In this document: positions 1 to 10,178 of the stretch, piece by piece | How positions within the stretch are numbered: position 1 is the stretch's first letter | Layout of the letters: every line of letters begins with the position of its first letter | Source: Pseudothioglobus sp. nBUS_23 | Lineage (GTDB): Bacteria > Pseudomonadota > Gammaproteobacteria > PS1 > Pseudothioglobaceae | DNA length: 32,000 bases | Direction: 5' to 3' | Assembly: GCF_051201565.1 (NCBI RefSeq) | Contig: NZ_CP179200.1 | Coordinates: 780,001-812,000, forward strand | Position numbers and translations under genes: made by a program | Notes under the pieces: model-generated | Database searches by the model: none | Told to the model about the DNA's origin: nothing | The model's input: only the letters and a program-made list of their open reading frames with translations

Positions 1-1
1 T

Positions 2-391
2 ACAAGGCAAGAGAAAATCTGGAAGCAGGACTTAGATCAAGATACAGGTTGGCCAATCAATGAACCTATAATATTTATTGATTTTAAGGCCCAAGGTCTC
101 CATCCTGATGGGTCAGTTTGTGATAGTGAAGGATTCCTTTGGAATGCTCAATATGGAGCCTCGAGGATAGCTAGATATAGCCCTGAAGGCTGGTTAGATA
201 GAGTAGAGAGCTTTGCAGCATCACAGGTCACGTGCCCAGCATTTGGCGGCAAATCTTTCGATACTATTTATGTTACGTCAGCGAGTCAGGGTCTTAGTGA
301 TGATGATTTGAAAGTTCAGCCTTTGGCTGGTAAAGTGTTTCACTTTGAATCTGACACACTCGGTCTGGCTGAGTATCAAGTAGAATTGTGA
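2..391 (+). CDS. SMP-30/gluconolactonase/LRE-family sugar lactonase, C-terminal fragment (start lies upstream of window)
   Basis: The frame is open from the window edge to TGA at 389-391. The translation contains HPDGSVCDSEGFLWNAQYGASRIARYSPEG, VTCPAFGGKSFDTIYVTSA and AGKVFHF, typical of the last blades of SMP-30/gluconolactonase beta-propellers. It is absent from the ORF track because it has no start codon in the window. Confidence 0.8.
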   Translation, partial: TRQEKIWKQDLDQDTGWPINEPIIFIDFKAQGLHPDGSVCDSEGFLWNAQYGASRIARYSPEGWLDRVESFAASQVTCPAFGGKSFDTIYVTSASQGLSDDDLKVQPLAGKVFHFESDTLGLAEYQVEL

Positions 392-398
392 AGTTAAC

Positions 399-2300
399 AT
401 GATCCCAAAATTAGGAAGCTGCTATTATCCCGAACACTGGCCAGAAGAGCAGTGGCGGAAAGATGCTGAAGATATGATTGCTTCTGGTTTGTCTTGGGTG
501 AGAATTGGCGAATTTGCTTGGAGCAGAATTGAGCCTAAAGAGGATGTTCATAACTTCGATTGGCTTGATCGCGCTATTTCTATTTTGGGCTCTGCTGGAT
601 TAAATATAGTCATGAGCACTCCGACCGCAACACCTCCTCGATGGGTTGTTGATAAATGGCCAGACATGCTAATTGTTGATGCTGAGGGCAGAGCTCGTCG
701 ATCTGGCTCAAGGAGGCACTATTGCTTTTCACATGAGGGATACCTTGGGGAAGCGATAAGAATTTCAGAAATAGTTGCAAAGCGATATGGGAGCAATCCA
801 TTCATTAAAGCCTGGCAGTTGGATAATGAATATGGCTGCCATGACACCACGCTCTCTTATAGTGATTCTGCTCTCAAAGCCTTTAGGGTATGGACTTCAA
901 AAAAGTATAAAACGATTGATCAGCTCAATGAGTCTTGGAAAAATGTATTTTGGTCGATGGAATACATTGATTTTGAACAAATTCAGTTACCTAACTTAAC
1001 CGTAACCGATCCAAATCCAATCCATGCTCTCGACTTCAAAAGGTTCAGCTCTGATCAGGTTGTTAAGTTTAATCGAAGCCAGTCTCAAATCCTAAAGAAA
1101 TATACTCAAGCACCATTAATTCATAACTATATGGGCCGAATTACTGACTTTGATCATTATGAAGTCGGTAAAGATTTAGATATTGCGAGTTGGGACAGTT
1201 ATCCTCTGGGTTTTTTGGAGGATCGCTCTAATCGAAGTGAGGACTTTAAGAGTAAATTTATGCGCTTTGGAGACCTTGATTTTCAGTCATTTCATCATGA
1301 CCTATACCGTTCAGTTGGAAACGGGCGCTGGTGGGTTATGGAGCAGCAGCCGGGTCCAGTCAATTGGGCGCCGTATAATCCTGAGCCTGCAGAGGGGGCT
1401 GTTAGATTGTGGACTTGGGAGGCGATTGCGCATGGCGCTGAAGTTGTAAGTTATTTTAGATGGAGACAGGCTCCATTTGCTCAAGAGCAAATGCATGCTG
1501 GACTGAATAGGCCAGATGGAGCTAAGGCCCCAGGATTAAAGGAGGCTTCCAAGGTTTTTGCAGAACTAAACAATTTTGATGGAATTGACCAAGTTCAATC
1601 AAAAGTAGCACTAATTTTTGATTATGAGAGTTGCTGGGCATGGGATGTTCTCCCGCAAGGAAAAGACTTCAGTTATTTTGAGTTAGTCTACGACTATTAC
1701 AGAGCGCTCAGATCGTTAGGTTTGTCAATAGATATAGTGTCTCCCAATGAAAGCAACTTAAGCGGCTATCAAGTCTTACTAATGCCAGGTTTAATGCATG
1801 TTGGAGAGCAGCTTGAGAGCGCTATCAAAGGGTTTGATGGAGTTGTCATTTCAGGTCCAAGAACAGGATCAAAGACTTTAGATATGTCAATTCCTGAAAA
1901 TCTTCCACCAGTAGTGCCACGAATTAATGGAACCGTAGCACGGGTCGAAACACTAAGACCTAATGCGCTCATTCCAATCCAAAATCATGGCTTCTTTAAA
2001 AAGTGGATGGAGACCTTGGTTGACTGTGATGAAATTATTGAGTTCTGTGATGATGGCAGGCCAGCAATCATTGGAGATGGAAAAAACCTTTATATTGCTG
2101 GTTGGGCTGACCAAGGCACTTTAAAAGTTATATTTTCAGGCGTTTGCTCTGATCAGGGAATTCAAACTACAGAGCTGATTGATTGCGTGAGAGTGAGAGA
2201 CACTTTAAATCACCGCTTTTGGTTTAATTTTAGTGAAGAGGAAGTTGCTGTCGGCTCGATCAAAATTCCAGCTTCTGGAGTGTTCTGGGAGCAACTCTAG
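399..2300 (+). CDS. GH42 family beta-galactosidase
   Basis: 633 aa. The N-terminus GSCYYPEHWPEEQW..VRIGEFAWSRIEP, the acid/base motif WQLDNEYG and the nucleophile motif WWVMEQQPGPVNW are GH42 hallmarks, and the length fits the three-domain GH42 architecture. Confidence 0.9.
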   Translation: MIPKLGSCYYPEHWPEEQWRKDAEDMIASGLSWVRIGEFAWSRIEPKEDVHNFDWLDRAISILGSAGLNIVMSTPTATPPRWVVDKWPDMLIVDAEGRARRSGSRRHYCFSHEGYLGEAIRISEIVAKRYGSNPFIKAWQLDNEYGCHDTTLSYSDSALKAFRVWTSKKYKTIDQLNESWKNVFWSMEYIDFEQIQLPNLTVTDPNPIHALDFKRFSSDQVVKFNRSQSQILKKYTQAPLIHNYMGRITDFDHYEVGKDLDIASWDSYPLGFLEDRSNRSEDFKSKFMRFGDLDFQSFHHDLYRSVGNGRWWVMEQQPGPVNWAPYNPEPAEGAVRLWTWEAIAHGAEVVSYFRWRQAPFAQEQMHAGLNRPDGAKAPGLKEASKVFAELNNFDGIDQVQSKVALIFDYESCWAWDVLPQGKDFSYFELVYDYYRALRSLGLSIDIVSPNESNLSGYQVLLMPGLMHVGEQLESAIKGFDGVVISGPRTGSKTLDMSIPENLPPVVPRINGTVARVETLRPNALIPIQNHGFFKKWMETLVDCDEIIEFCDDGRPAIIGDGKNLYIAGWADQGTLKVIFSGVCSDQGIQTTELIDCVRVRDTLNHRFWFNFSEEEVAVGSIKIPASGVFWEQL

Positions 2301-2301
2301 T

Positions 2302-3360
2302 TTATTTAATTCTAAGCTCTGTTTTGGGGTCAAAAAACAAAGCTTTTGAGGCTTTAGCTTCAACGCCAACCAAAGTTCCTGTTGATGGTAATTTTTCTTC
2401 CCTTGACTCAACAACGATTCGCTCTCCATTAGGCGTCTTGAGATAAATGTAGGATATATCTCCCAAGGCTTCAGTAAACTCAACCTCAAGGTCGCCAGAC
2501 TCAGCAAGAGTCAAGTGTTGAGGCCTAAGACCAATGAGTATTTCTGAGTAAGAAGAGGTAACAGATTTATCAATCTCGAGTTTGATCGATTTAAGGCTTG
2601 GAATTGAGAGCTTAGAGCCGTTAATATCTCCCCTAACAAAGTTAATAGTTGGTGAACCAATAAAACCTGCCACAAAAACGTTTTCTGGGTCATCATAGAG
2701 TGACAATGGGGTACCAACTTGTTGAATTAAGCCATCTTTCAGGACTACAATTTTATCTGCCAAGGTCATTGCCTCGACCTGGTCATGAGTCACATAAATA
2801 ATTGTTGTTCCGAGTTCACGATGAAGGCGAGAAATCTCAACTCTCATCTCAACCCTAAGCTCTGCGTCAAGGTTAGATAAAGGCTCATCAAATAGAAACA
2901 CTTCAGGGCCTCTGACAATTGATCTTCCAATTGCTACTCTCTGTCTCTGACCGCCAGAAAGAGTCTTAGGTTTTCTGTCGAGATATTCTTCTAAGTGAAG
3001 AATTTCAGCTGCTTCATTCACTTTTTTTTCAATTTCATTTGAAGGCACTTTTGACATTTTTAGTCCAAAGCCCATATTCTCCCTAACGGTCATATGGGGG
3101 TAAAGTGCGTAGGACTGAAATACCATTGCTATACCTCTATCTGCGGGGTGCAGAGTGGTCACATCTGTGTCACCAATATGGATTTGTCCGCTGGTAACCT
3201 CTTCTAGTCCAGATATCATTCTGAGTAAAGTAGACTTTCCGCAGCCTGATGGCCCAACAAAGACGCAAAACTCTCCGTCTTGAATGTCAAGATCGATACC
3301 GTGAATGACCTCTAAGTCATCATATTTTTTAGTAGCTTTAGATATTTTTAAGGATGCCAT
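2302..3360 (-). CDS. Sugar-type ABC transporter ATP-binding protein (MalK/UgpC/MsiK-like), with no cognate permease genes adjacent
   Basis: 352 aa with Walker A GPSGCGKST, Q-loop VFQSYALYPHMTV, signature LSGGQRQRVAIGR, Walker B FLFDEPLSNLD and H-loop YVTHDQ. It also has a C-terminal regulatory/TOBE-like domain. Confidence 0.9.
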   Translation of the reverse strand: MASLKISKATKKYDDLEVIHGIDLDIQDGEFCVFVGPSGCGKSTLLRMISGLEEVTSGQIHIGDTDVTTLHPADRGIAMVFQSYALYPHMTVRENMGFGLKMSKVPSNEIEKKVNEAAEILHLEEYLDRKPKTLSGGQRQRVAIGRSIVRGPEVFLFDEPLSNLDAELRVEMRVEISRLHRELGTTIIYVTHDQVEAMTLADKIVVLKDGLIQQVGTPLSLYDDPENVFVAGFIGSPTINFVRGDINGSKLSIPSLKSIKLEIDKSVTSSYSEILIGLRPQHLTLAESGDLEVEFTEALGDISYIYLKTPNGERIVVESREEKLPSTGTLVGVEAKASKALFFDPKTELRIK

Positions 3361-3377
3361 AACAAATAATATTTCAT

Positions 3378-4166
3378 TTAATAATTTTTTTCAGGAAAAC
3401 TCCAAGCTCCAGCCTCTTTTCCAATCAATTCGGAAGTTTCTAGTAATTGAGGTTTAAATTTTTCAAGGCTTTTTAGGCTATGAATATCAATAGAACTGGT
3501 AATAGAGAGGCCACCAATCACTTTACCGCTTGATGTAAGGATAGGGGAAGAGATACAAATAATTTTTTCCTCATGCTCTTGTCTGTCAAATGAGATCCCT
3601 TCTTTTTTTATATTAGCGAGCTCTTTTCTGAGTGCTTTTGCAGTAGTAATTGTGTGCTCAGTGTATTTATGAAATGCCTGTTTAGAAATAACCTTATTTA
3701 GCTCGGCTTCGTCCAAAAATGCCATCATCGCCTTGCCAACTCCAGTGCAGTAGGCAGGTCCAACTTTACCGGCTTGCGAATACATCTCGATAGGGGAAGC
3801 TGGGTTCCGTTTGTCAACGTATAAGACTTGGCCATTGTCAAGCTCTGCCAAATGAACAGTTTCTCCAACTTTTTCAGATAAATCATCAATAAAAGGGACT
3901 GCTACTGGAGCTAATGAACTTTGAAGCCATGCCGAATGAGCCATTCTCACAAGCTTAAGCCCTAGCTTATAGGTTTGCTCTTCCTCATTATAGCTAAGCA
4001 TATCTTGATTCAAGAGTGTTTGAAGCAGTCTATAGAGAGTTGCCTTTGGATACTTACTCGTTTTAAGCAGGCTAGAGAATCTAACTGGAGAACCAATTTC
4101 TGCAACCTCACTAAGAACATCTAGTGCTTTACCAACGGTACCATCGCCTCTTTTTTCGTTTGCCAT
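3378..4166 (-). CDS. IclR-family transcriptional regulator
   Basis: 262 aa. It has an N-terminal winged HTH (GKALDVLSEVAEIGSPVRFSSLLKTSKYPKATLYRLLQTL) followed by an IclR effector domain (HLAELDNGQVLYVDK, AYCTGVGKAMMAF). It lies 17 nt upstream of the ATPase gene on the same strand. Confidence 0.9.
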   Translation of the reverse strand: MANEKRGDGTVGKALDVLSEVAEIGSPVRFSSLLKTSKYPKATLYRLLQTLLNQDMLSYNEEEQTYKLGLKLVRMAHSAWLQSSLAPVAVPFIDDLSEKVGETVHLAELDNGQVLYVDKRNPASPIEMYSQAGKVGPAYCTGVGKAMMAFLDEAELNKVISKQAFHKYTEHTITTAKALRKELANIKKEGISFDRQEHEEKIICISSPILTSSGKVIGGLSITSSIDIHSLKSLEKFKPQLLETSELIGKEAGAWSFPEKNY

Positions 4167-4355
4167 AACTTTATGAACCTTATGTTTTAATCAGAATAGC
4201 TCTTTATAATAGGACTTTTAAAGCTATTTTTAAATAAATTTTAACAGATAATGTATACTACATTTTAGTAAGTTTTCAATAGTAAAACCTAGTTTCATTA
4301 TTTGGAAATTCTTTTTTTTAGACTTAAATATTACTCAAATTAGAAAGAGAAAAAG

Positions 4356-5855
4356 ATGGCAAAAAATAAACAATATATCCTATCGATTGACCAAGGTACA
4401 ACCTCATCAAGAGGCGTTTTATTTGATGAAAATTATGAAATTATTTCAATAGGTCAGAATGAGTTTACACAGTTTTTCCCAGATTCTGGTTGGGTAGAGC
4501 ATGACCCCGAGGAGATTTGGACCTCAACTCTTGAGAGCTGTAGGAGTGCTATTAAGCAATCAAAAATTGATCCAAGTCAAATTAGGGCGATAGGTATTAC
4601 TAATCAAAGAGAAACGACTGTTGTTTGGGACAAAGAGACAGGAATGCCAATTTATAACGCCATTGTTTGGCAAGATCGAAGAACATCGGATTATTGTCAA
4701 AGCTTAAGGAGTCTTGGCCATGAGTCTTTAGTTAACCAAAAAACAGGGCTTTTGCTTGATCCTTATTTTTGTGCTACAAAAATTGCTTGGATTCTTGACA
4801 ATGTTGATGGTGCTCGTGAAAAGGCAAACAAAGGTGGGCTCCTCTTTGGAACAATAGACTGCTTTCTGATGTGGCGATTAAGCAATCAAAAAATCCACTC
4901 AACAGATGCTACTAATGCCTGTCGCACCCTTTTGTATAATATTCATGAGGGCTGCTGGGATAAAGATCTGCTAGACCTTTTTAATGTTCCTGCATCAATG
5001 CTACCTGAGGTTTATGATAATGCTGCTGACTTCGGAGTAGCTGATGAGTCTATTTTTGGCTCAGAGATAGCTATTGCTGCCTCAATTGGTGACCAGCCAT
5101 CGGCTCTTGTAGGCCAGGCATGCTTTCATCCAGGGATGGTCAAGTCGACTTATGGAACTGGATGTTTTGTTTTAATTAATACCGGCTATGAGCCTGTGAA
5201 GTCGAACAATAAATTACTAACTACTCTGGCTTTCCAAGTGAATGGTAAAACCTGCTATGCTCTCGAAGGATCAATTTTTATCGCTGGAGCAGCAGTTCAG
5301 TGGTTGCGTGACGGCCTTAAATTTATCGAGTCAGCAGAACAATCTGAAACGCTTGCAATGAAGGCTGATGACTCACAAGATGTCTACCTTGTCCCTGCTT
5401 TCGTAGGGTTGGGTGCTCCACATTGGGATCCAGATTGTCGCGGTGCACTTTTCGGAATGACGCGCAACACAGGACCTGCAGAAATCACAAAGGCAACGCT
5501 TGAGTCTGTCTGCTATCAAACTTCTGACTTGTTAAGCGCAATTTCAAAAGATTTAGGCGAAAGTAAGCTTAGTGCTATTAGAGTGGATGGAGGAATGGCC
5601 GCATCAAACTGGACAATGCAAATGCTTTCAGATTTAGTTGAGCTCCCGGTAGACAGGCCCAAAAACCTTGAGACAACTGCTCTAGGAGCGGCATACTTGG
5701 CTGGAATGCAGGTTGGTTTTTATCCACCCATGGATGAGTTTTCAGATTCTTGGCAATCAGAAAGTCAATTTAATTCAAAAATGAAAGAAGAGCTTAGAGC
5801 AAGAAAGTTGGCGGGATGGAAAGATGCGGTTAGGCGAACCTTGTCGAATAACTAG
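4356..5855 (+). CDS. glpK: Glycerol kinase
   Basis: 499 aa. The motifs [56 protein letters not shown] and [10 protein letters not shown] are the canonical FGGY/GlpK set. Confidence 0.95.
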   Translation: MAKNKQYILSIDQGTTSSRGVLFDENYEIISIGQNEFTQFFPDSGWVEHDPEEIWTSTLESCRSAIKQSKIDPSQIRAIGITNQRETTVVWDKETGMPIYNAIVWQDRRTSDYCQSLRSLGHESLVNQKTGLLLDPYFCATKIAWILDNVDGAREKANKGGLLFGTIDCFLMWRLSNQKIHSTDATNACRTLLYNIHEGCWDKDLLDLFNVPASMLPEVYDNAADFGVADESIFGSEIAIAASIGDQPSALVGQACFHPGMVKSTYGTGCFVLINTGYEPVKSNNKLLTTLAFQVNGKTCYALEGSIFIAGAAVQWLRDGLKFIESAEQSETLAMKADDSQDVYLVPAFVGLGAPHWDPDCRGALFGMTRNTGPAEITKATLESVCYQTSDLLSAISKDLGESKLSAIRVDGGMAASNWTMQMLSDLVELPVDRPKNLETTALGAAYLAGMQVGFYPPMDEFSDSWQSESQFNSKMKEELRARKLAGWKDAVRRTLSNN

Positions 5856-6778
5856 TCCTTCAGAAAATTAATCGTCTTTTCTGCAATGAATTGACTTACC
5901 CTGACGTTGGATTCAGTTGTGACTCCAGAATTGTGAGGAGTTAGAATACAGTTCATTGAGTTTGAGATGTGCTTGTAAAAATTTTCTTCAACTGGTTCGG
6001 AGCTGTATACATCGAGCGCAAAACCACTAATTATTTTTTCATTATAAGCGTCAAGAAGATCATTTTCATTGACAATGGATCCCCTAGACGAATTAATAAT
6101 AATAGGGCTTTGCTTCATTAATTTGAATGAGCTTGAGTTGATTAAGTCCCTTGTCTGGTCTGTCAATGGAAGATGAATCGAAATGACATCGGATAGCTTA
6201 AAGAGCTCCTCTTGCTCAACAAGTGATACGTTGTGTTTAGAAGCATCTGATTCAGGCACAAAAGGGTCATAGGCAATCACCTTCGCACCAAATACTTGAG
6301 CTAATCGAGAAACTTTCTTTCCTATAACGCCAAAACCAAGAAGCCCCAGTGTCTTTCCTCCGAGCTCTCGTGATTCAATAGAGGTTCTTGGCCATTGACC
6401 TGAGGATGTTCCATCATGTGCAGTTGGTATATTTTTTAATAACGAGAGTGCGCATGTGATTACATATTCAGCAACTGAGTCTGCATTCATACCAGTTGCT
6501 GGCTGTACGATAATATTATTTCTGGAACAATACCCGGTATCAATATTATCTAAGCCAACCCCAAGCCTTCCAACAAAAGTTAATTTTTTTGCTTTTAATA
6601 GTAGCTCTTCAGTGAGCTGCGTTTTATTTCGAACTATGACTGCATCAGTATCAGCAATTAAAGAGCTTAAATGATCATGATTCTCGTGGAGACTAGTGTC
6701 ATAAGTAACATCAAAATTTTGAGAAATTTTGTCAACACTGTCCTGTTCCATGAATTCTGTTATTAATACTTTTTTCAT
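5852..6778 (-). CDS. D-isomer-specific 2-hydroxyacid dehydrogenase (phosphoglycerate DH / glyoxylate-hydroxypyruvate reductase-like)
   Basis: 308 aa with NAD-binding [28 protein letters not shown] and the catalytic-region motifs [20 protein letters not shown] and TPHNSG. Its start overlaps the kinase stop by 4 nt. Confidence 0.85.
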   Translation of the reverse strand: MKKVLITEFMEQDSVDKISQNFDVTYDTSLHENHDHLSSLIADTDAVIVRNKTQLTEELLLKAKKLTFVGRLGVGLDNIDTGYCSRNNIIVQPATGMNADSVAEYVITCALSLLKNIPTAHDGTSSGQWPRTSIESRELGGKTLGLLGFGVIGKKVSRLAQVFGAKVIAYDPFVPESDASKHNVSLVEQEELFKLSDVISIHLPLTDQTRDLINSSSFKLMKQSPIIINSSRGSIVNENDLLDAYNEKIISGFALDVYSSEPVEENFYKHISNSMNCILTPHNSGVTTESNVRVSQFIAEKTINFLKD

Positions 6779-7680
6779 ATTGGTTTAGATGGTTTAATTT
6801 GTTTAGAAAATTCGATAACTTCTTTGTTATTTGGTAAGGTTTTGATTCCACCTATTCGAGTGCATTTGAGTGTGGCACATGCGGTTGCCAGTTCAATGGC
6901 TTCTTGCGTAGTTTTGGTTTCAATAAATTTAGCAAAGGCGCCGTGAAATACATCTCCAGCGCCGTTAGTTTCTTTGACTTCAATTTTAGGAGACTCACAA
7001 TGAAAAACGTTTCCATCTTCAATCCAATAAACACCTCTGTCTCCAAGCGTTACCGCATAAAACTTATTGTTTTTTTGATAAAGGCTTCTTAATGCATCAA
7101 TAATTGGCATATTTTCCATATAACGGCTCAATCCGATTTCTGAAAAGATCGGATGAGAGGCCGAATTAACGACTTCATCAACCAGATTGCTGTTACTAAA
7201 ATTGTCAAGGTCTACTACACAATTAATCTGGTGCTTGTTTGACTGAATAGAAACAAAGTGCGCTGCCTCAATCCAGTTGGTATCTACGAGGTATGACTGA
7301 TTGCCTGAAAAGTTAAATCCTGGCAAGGTTGTTTCATTTGTGAGTTTCTTTTCGTTAAAGACGGCTAACATCCTTTCTCCCAAACTATCTTCAAATATAT
7401 GACTTTGAGAAGTTTGTGCTCCTTCAACAATAATTGATTTTTCGATTGGAATGCTAGACTCAAGAAATTCTGACTTCAAGAAATCGGCAGCGTCATCACT
7501 CCCGAAACGGCCAACAAACTCAGCATCGCCGCCCAAAAATTTAATGGCAAAGCTAGCAACAGGAGCAGGACCACCAAGGCGCTTTTCAAGGCCATTTGCT
7601 ATAAGTTTAATTGGCTTTTCAGGAAAACGATCAATCTTGATCACTCTGTCAAGAAAAATGGGTCCAACGCATGTAATCAT
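6775..7680 (-). CDS. PfkB/ribokinase-family sugar (phosphate) kinase
   Basis: 301 aa. The N-terminal ITCVGPIFLDRV, GGPAPVASFAIKFLG and the C-terminal anion-hole motif TNGAGDVFHGAF are typical of PfkB kinases. Confidence 0.85.
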   Translation of the reverse strand: MITCVGPIFLDRVIKIDRFPEKPIKLIANGLEKRLGGPAPVASFAIKFLGGDAEFVGRFGSDDAADFLKSEFLESSIPIEKSIIVEGAQTSQSHIFEDSLGERMLAVFNEKKLTNETTLPGFNFSGNQSYLVDTNWIEAAHFVSIQSNKHQINCVVDLDNFSNSNLVDEVVNSASHPIFSEIGLSRYMENMPIIDALRSLYQKNNKFYAVTLGDRGVYWIEDGNVFHCESPKIEVKETNGAGDVFHGAFAKFIETKTTQEAIELATACATLKCTRIGGIKTLPNNKEVIEFSKQIKPSKPI

Positions 7681-7716
7681 CTAATTAATTTTAATGAAAA
7701 TATAGAGTTATTGTTG

Positions 7717-8805
7717 CTAGAGGTTGAATTCACTCATTTGAACAACCCTACCTTCCTTAATTGATTGCTCTGCGGCTTCCCCAATAGCAACAGCAACTAG
7801 ACCGTCATTCAGTGATACTTCTGGCTTGGTATTATTCCGAATAGCTTTGATAAACGAGGTATGCTCATAGTACGTAGATCCGTGATGGTGTCCTGCACTG
7901 TGTATTTTGGGGTCTACCGTTATATTTTCTTTTAATGCAGTTTGTTCAACTCTCATTCCAATTCTGATATCAGAGTTTGTTATTCCAGAAGCATTCGATG
8001 GTACTTCGGTCTCAATTTTTCCAATTGTGCCAACAGCACAAAGCTCCTCTTGATACTCAGAGTTTTCAGCAAACATACATATGTCAAGGAGGGCTCTTAC
8101 ACCATTGTCAAAGTCAACAATGACAAATGCATTATCAAGAATATCAGGCGTCATACCATCATAGGTCTCATCGAGATGGTTTACATCTTGGTTGCCACTT
8201 GCATAAACTTTGACGGGCTCACTTTTAGCAATCAATCTCATCAAATCAAAAAAATGGCAGCATTTTTCAACAAGAGTTCCTCCTGTCTTTACTGCAAATC
8301 GATTCCAATCATCAACCTTATGAAGAAATGGAAAGCGATGCTCCCTGATAGAAAGCATTTTTAAATCACCAATTGTATTATTGTGAATCTCATTGATCAT
8401 TCTTTGGACAGGTGGCATATAGCGATATTCCATTGCTGTCCAAATAACGCCAGGATAGTTTTCAGCCAGTTTTTCAAATTCTTGACAGTCTTTGACAGTG
8501 GTACAAAGAGGCTTTTCAATTAAAAGATGTACCCCGGACTTCATTACATCTTTGAGTACATCGATATGAGTGAAGTTGGGAGTTGCAATGATGAATGCAT
8601 TAGCAATGTTTGCCTCAATTAGATCAGTGTAATCCTTAAAAATAGCGACTTCATTGTCAAGAAGTTTGAGGCTCTCTTCAATTGATTGTTCACTAGTATC
8701 ACACAGCGCAACAACCTCAGCATCTTCAATTAATTCTATGTTGAGGATGTGCTCTTGACCCATACACCCGGCACCGATAATTGCATATTTAATCGTTTCA
8801 GTCAT
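7717..8805 (-). CDS. Gfo/Idh/MocA-family NAD(P)-dependent oxidoreductase
   Basis: 362 aa with the Rossmann motif KYAIIGAGCMGQEH and the family EKP motif HLLIEKPLC, plus a C-terminal alpha/beta domain. Its start overlaps the isomerase stop by 4 nt. Confidence 0.85.
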   Translation of the reverse strand: MTETIKYAIIGAGCMGQEHILNIELIEDAEVVALCDTSEQSIEESLKLLDNEVAIFKDYTDLIEANIANAFIIATPNFTHIDVLKDVMKSGVHLLIEKPLCTTVKDCQEFEKLAENYPGVIWTAMEYRYMPPVQRMINEIHNNTIGDLKMLSIREHRFPFLHKVDDWNRFAVKTGGTLVEKCCHFFDLMRLIAKSEPVKVYASGNQDVNHLDETYDGMTPDILDNAFVIVDFDNGVRALLDICMFAENSEYQEELCAVGTIGKIETEVPSNASGITNSDIRIGMRVEQTALKENITVDPKIHSAGHHHGSTYYEHTSFIKAIRNNTKPEVSLNDGLVAVAIGEAAEQSIKEGRVVQMSEFNL

Positions 8806-10178
8806 AGCGTATATGTTGGAATATTCATTTGGTTGCCAAAATGGATAAGTTTGTCAGAAATATCACCATAAGTAAATGCCACGTGATGCTCTAAACCACC
8901 CTTAAACATCCGTTCTAATTTATCGGCACTATCTTTACCTAAATTAATGACACCTGAGGTTCCAGAGAATGAGTTAGGTCGATCAAGAACTTGTCCATTC
9001 ATCACAAAGAATTGTAGCTTTCCTCTAGCCTTAGATACTCTAAAGATAGTGATTTCTCCCTCTTTGAGACTAAAGTCATGAAGGAGTGGTTTTTTTCTAT
9101 TCGAGTGAATTCCAGATTTTGCTGTGCCTTCTTTAGCCATACTAATGGGGGCTAAGCCGCAATGCCAAAAAACTAAGGAATTGTCTGATTTATCAACATC
9201 AACAATGTCAACCAATAGTGAAGGGTTATTGTTCATCTGGTTAAGAATGTTGCAACTAATACCACCCAATACATCAGCTTCACAAGCACAGCTGACTTTA
9301 TTTTCATTCATCATTGCCATTGGACCGCATGAGGCGCATCCATACTCAGTAAAGGTTTCAGGCCAGCAGCGGATTGCAAATGCATCAAGTTTATGCTTGT
9401 CTTTAAGGTTTTCAAGACCATGAAAGATAGAAAGGCTTTTGTCAAACTCCTCCTGGACAAGTTCCTCTGTGCCTGCAAGATAGCTTGAGACGGTGCTTTT
9501 GGTTTTAACAATTGTTTCAGCTTCAATTTCTTTGGCTTCATCAAATAAATCTTCAAGTTCAAGATCAACCAGAGAAACATTGAGTTTAGAGGTCACCTCA
9601 TTTGAATCATAGTCACAGGTGTCAAATCCTTCAGGTCTTGTTCCAATAATTCCAATTGTTTGTTTGTCTATTGAATAGTCAAATTTCGCATTTTCATCAG
9701 TAATAGAAGCTATGTTCCATGAAGTTTCTTTATCATTACTTTCGCCTTTGATAAAACTATTGAAAGACATTTCATTAATCTTGTCATCCTCCTCCATAAT
9801 TATAAAATCAGGCGAGATATCATTTTTAAGTAGGGAGTGCATTGCTAAATTAAGCCCACATATTGAGTTTAATCTTAATCTTCCTCCAGTTCTAGGTTCT
9901 GGAAAAGAGACAATGCATATCGGTTTTTGAATCGATATAGCAAAGTTTAAGAGAAACTTGGCGTCAGTAAAGGTTGTTTGAAAGAGAAAAATTTTTTCAA
10001 AATTATTACTTTTAAAAAAGGATAGGGCGCTTTCAGCATCACTATCATTCGTTACAAGATCATTAAAGCCAATTGCATCCGGCTTTAGAGATAGTAGAAG
10101 TGATTTTGCTTTTTCAAATTTAGACTCAGCATACTCAACATCAAAAGTCTCTCTTGCAAGTGCTAAATAACCTATCAT
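8802..10178 (-). CDS. Aldose-ketose isomerase of the L-fucose/L-arabinose isomerase superfamily (COG2407-like short form)
   Basis: 458 aa. The motifs CACEADVLGG, WHCGLAP and GLEHHVAFTYGD resemble the metal/catalytic motifs (ACE.D..GA, HCG, HH.A..GD) that I associate with FucI/AraA-like isomerases. This call comes from remembered motifs, not a search. Confidence 0.65.
   Translation of the reverse strand: MIGYLALARETFDVEYAESKFEKAKSLLLSLKPDAIGFNDLVTNDSDAESALSFFKSNNFEKIFLFQTTFTDAKFLLNFAISIQKPICIVSFPEPRTGGRLRLNSICGLNLAMHSLLKNDISPDFIIMEEDDKINEMSFNSFIKGESNDKETSWNIASITDENAKFDYSIDKQTIGIIGTRPEGFDTCDYDSNEVTSKLNVSLVDLELEDLFDEAKEIEAETIVKTKSTVSSYLAGTEELVQEEFDKSLSIFHGLENLKDKHKLDAFAIRCWPETFTEYGCASCGPMAMMNENKVSCACEADVLGGISCNILNQMNNNPSLLVDIVDVDKSDNSLVFWHCGLAPISMAKEGTAKSGIHSNRKKPLLHDFSLKEGEITIFRVSKARGKLQFFVMNGQVLDRPNSFSGTSGVINLGKDSADKLERMFKGGLEHHVAFTYGDISDKLIHFGNQMNIPTYTL

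Noticed and set aside
4250-4264. Palindrome AATGTA-TAC-TACATT in the iclR/glpK divergent region as an IclR or GlpR operator.
   Set aside because: It has only 6-bp arms in a very AT-rich 189-bp spacer and no second copy. It is plausible but statistically weak without comparative data.
7942-8364. Long opposite-strand or alternative-frame ORFs in the track. Examples: 7942-8364 (140 aa), 15471-15857 (128 aa), 29807-30256 (149 aa), 2205-2507 (100 aa), 9124-9423, 9311-9580, 1183-1449 and 26695-26976.
   Set aside because: Each lies entirely inside, or antisense to, a gene with strong family motifs. Their translations are low-complexity or Ser/Leu/Ile-rich with no recognisable motifs. They are typical shadow ORFs.
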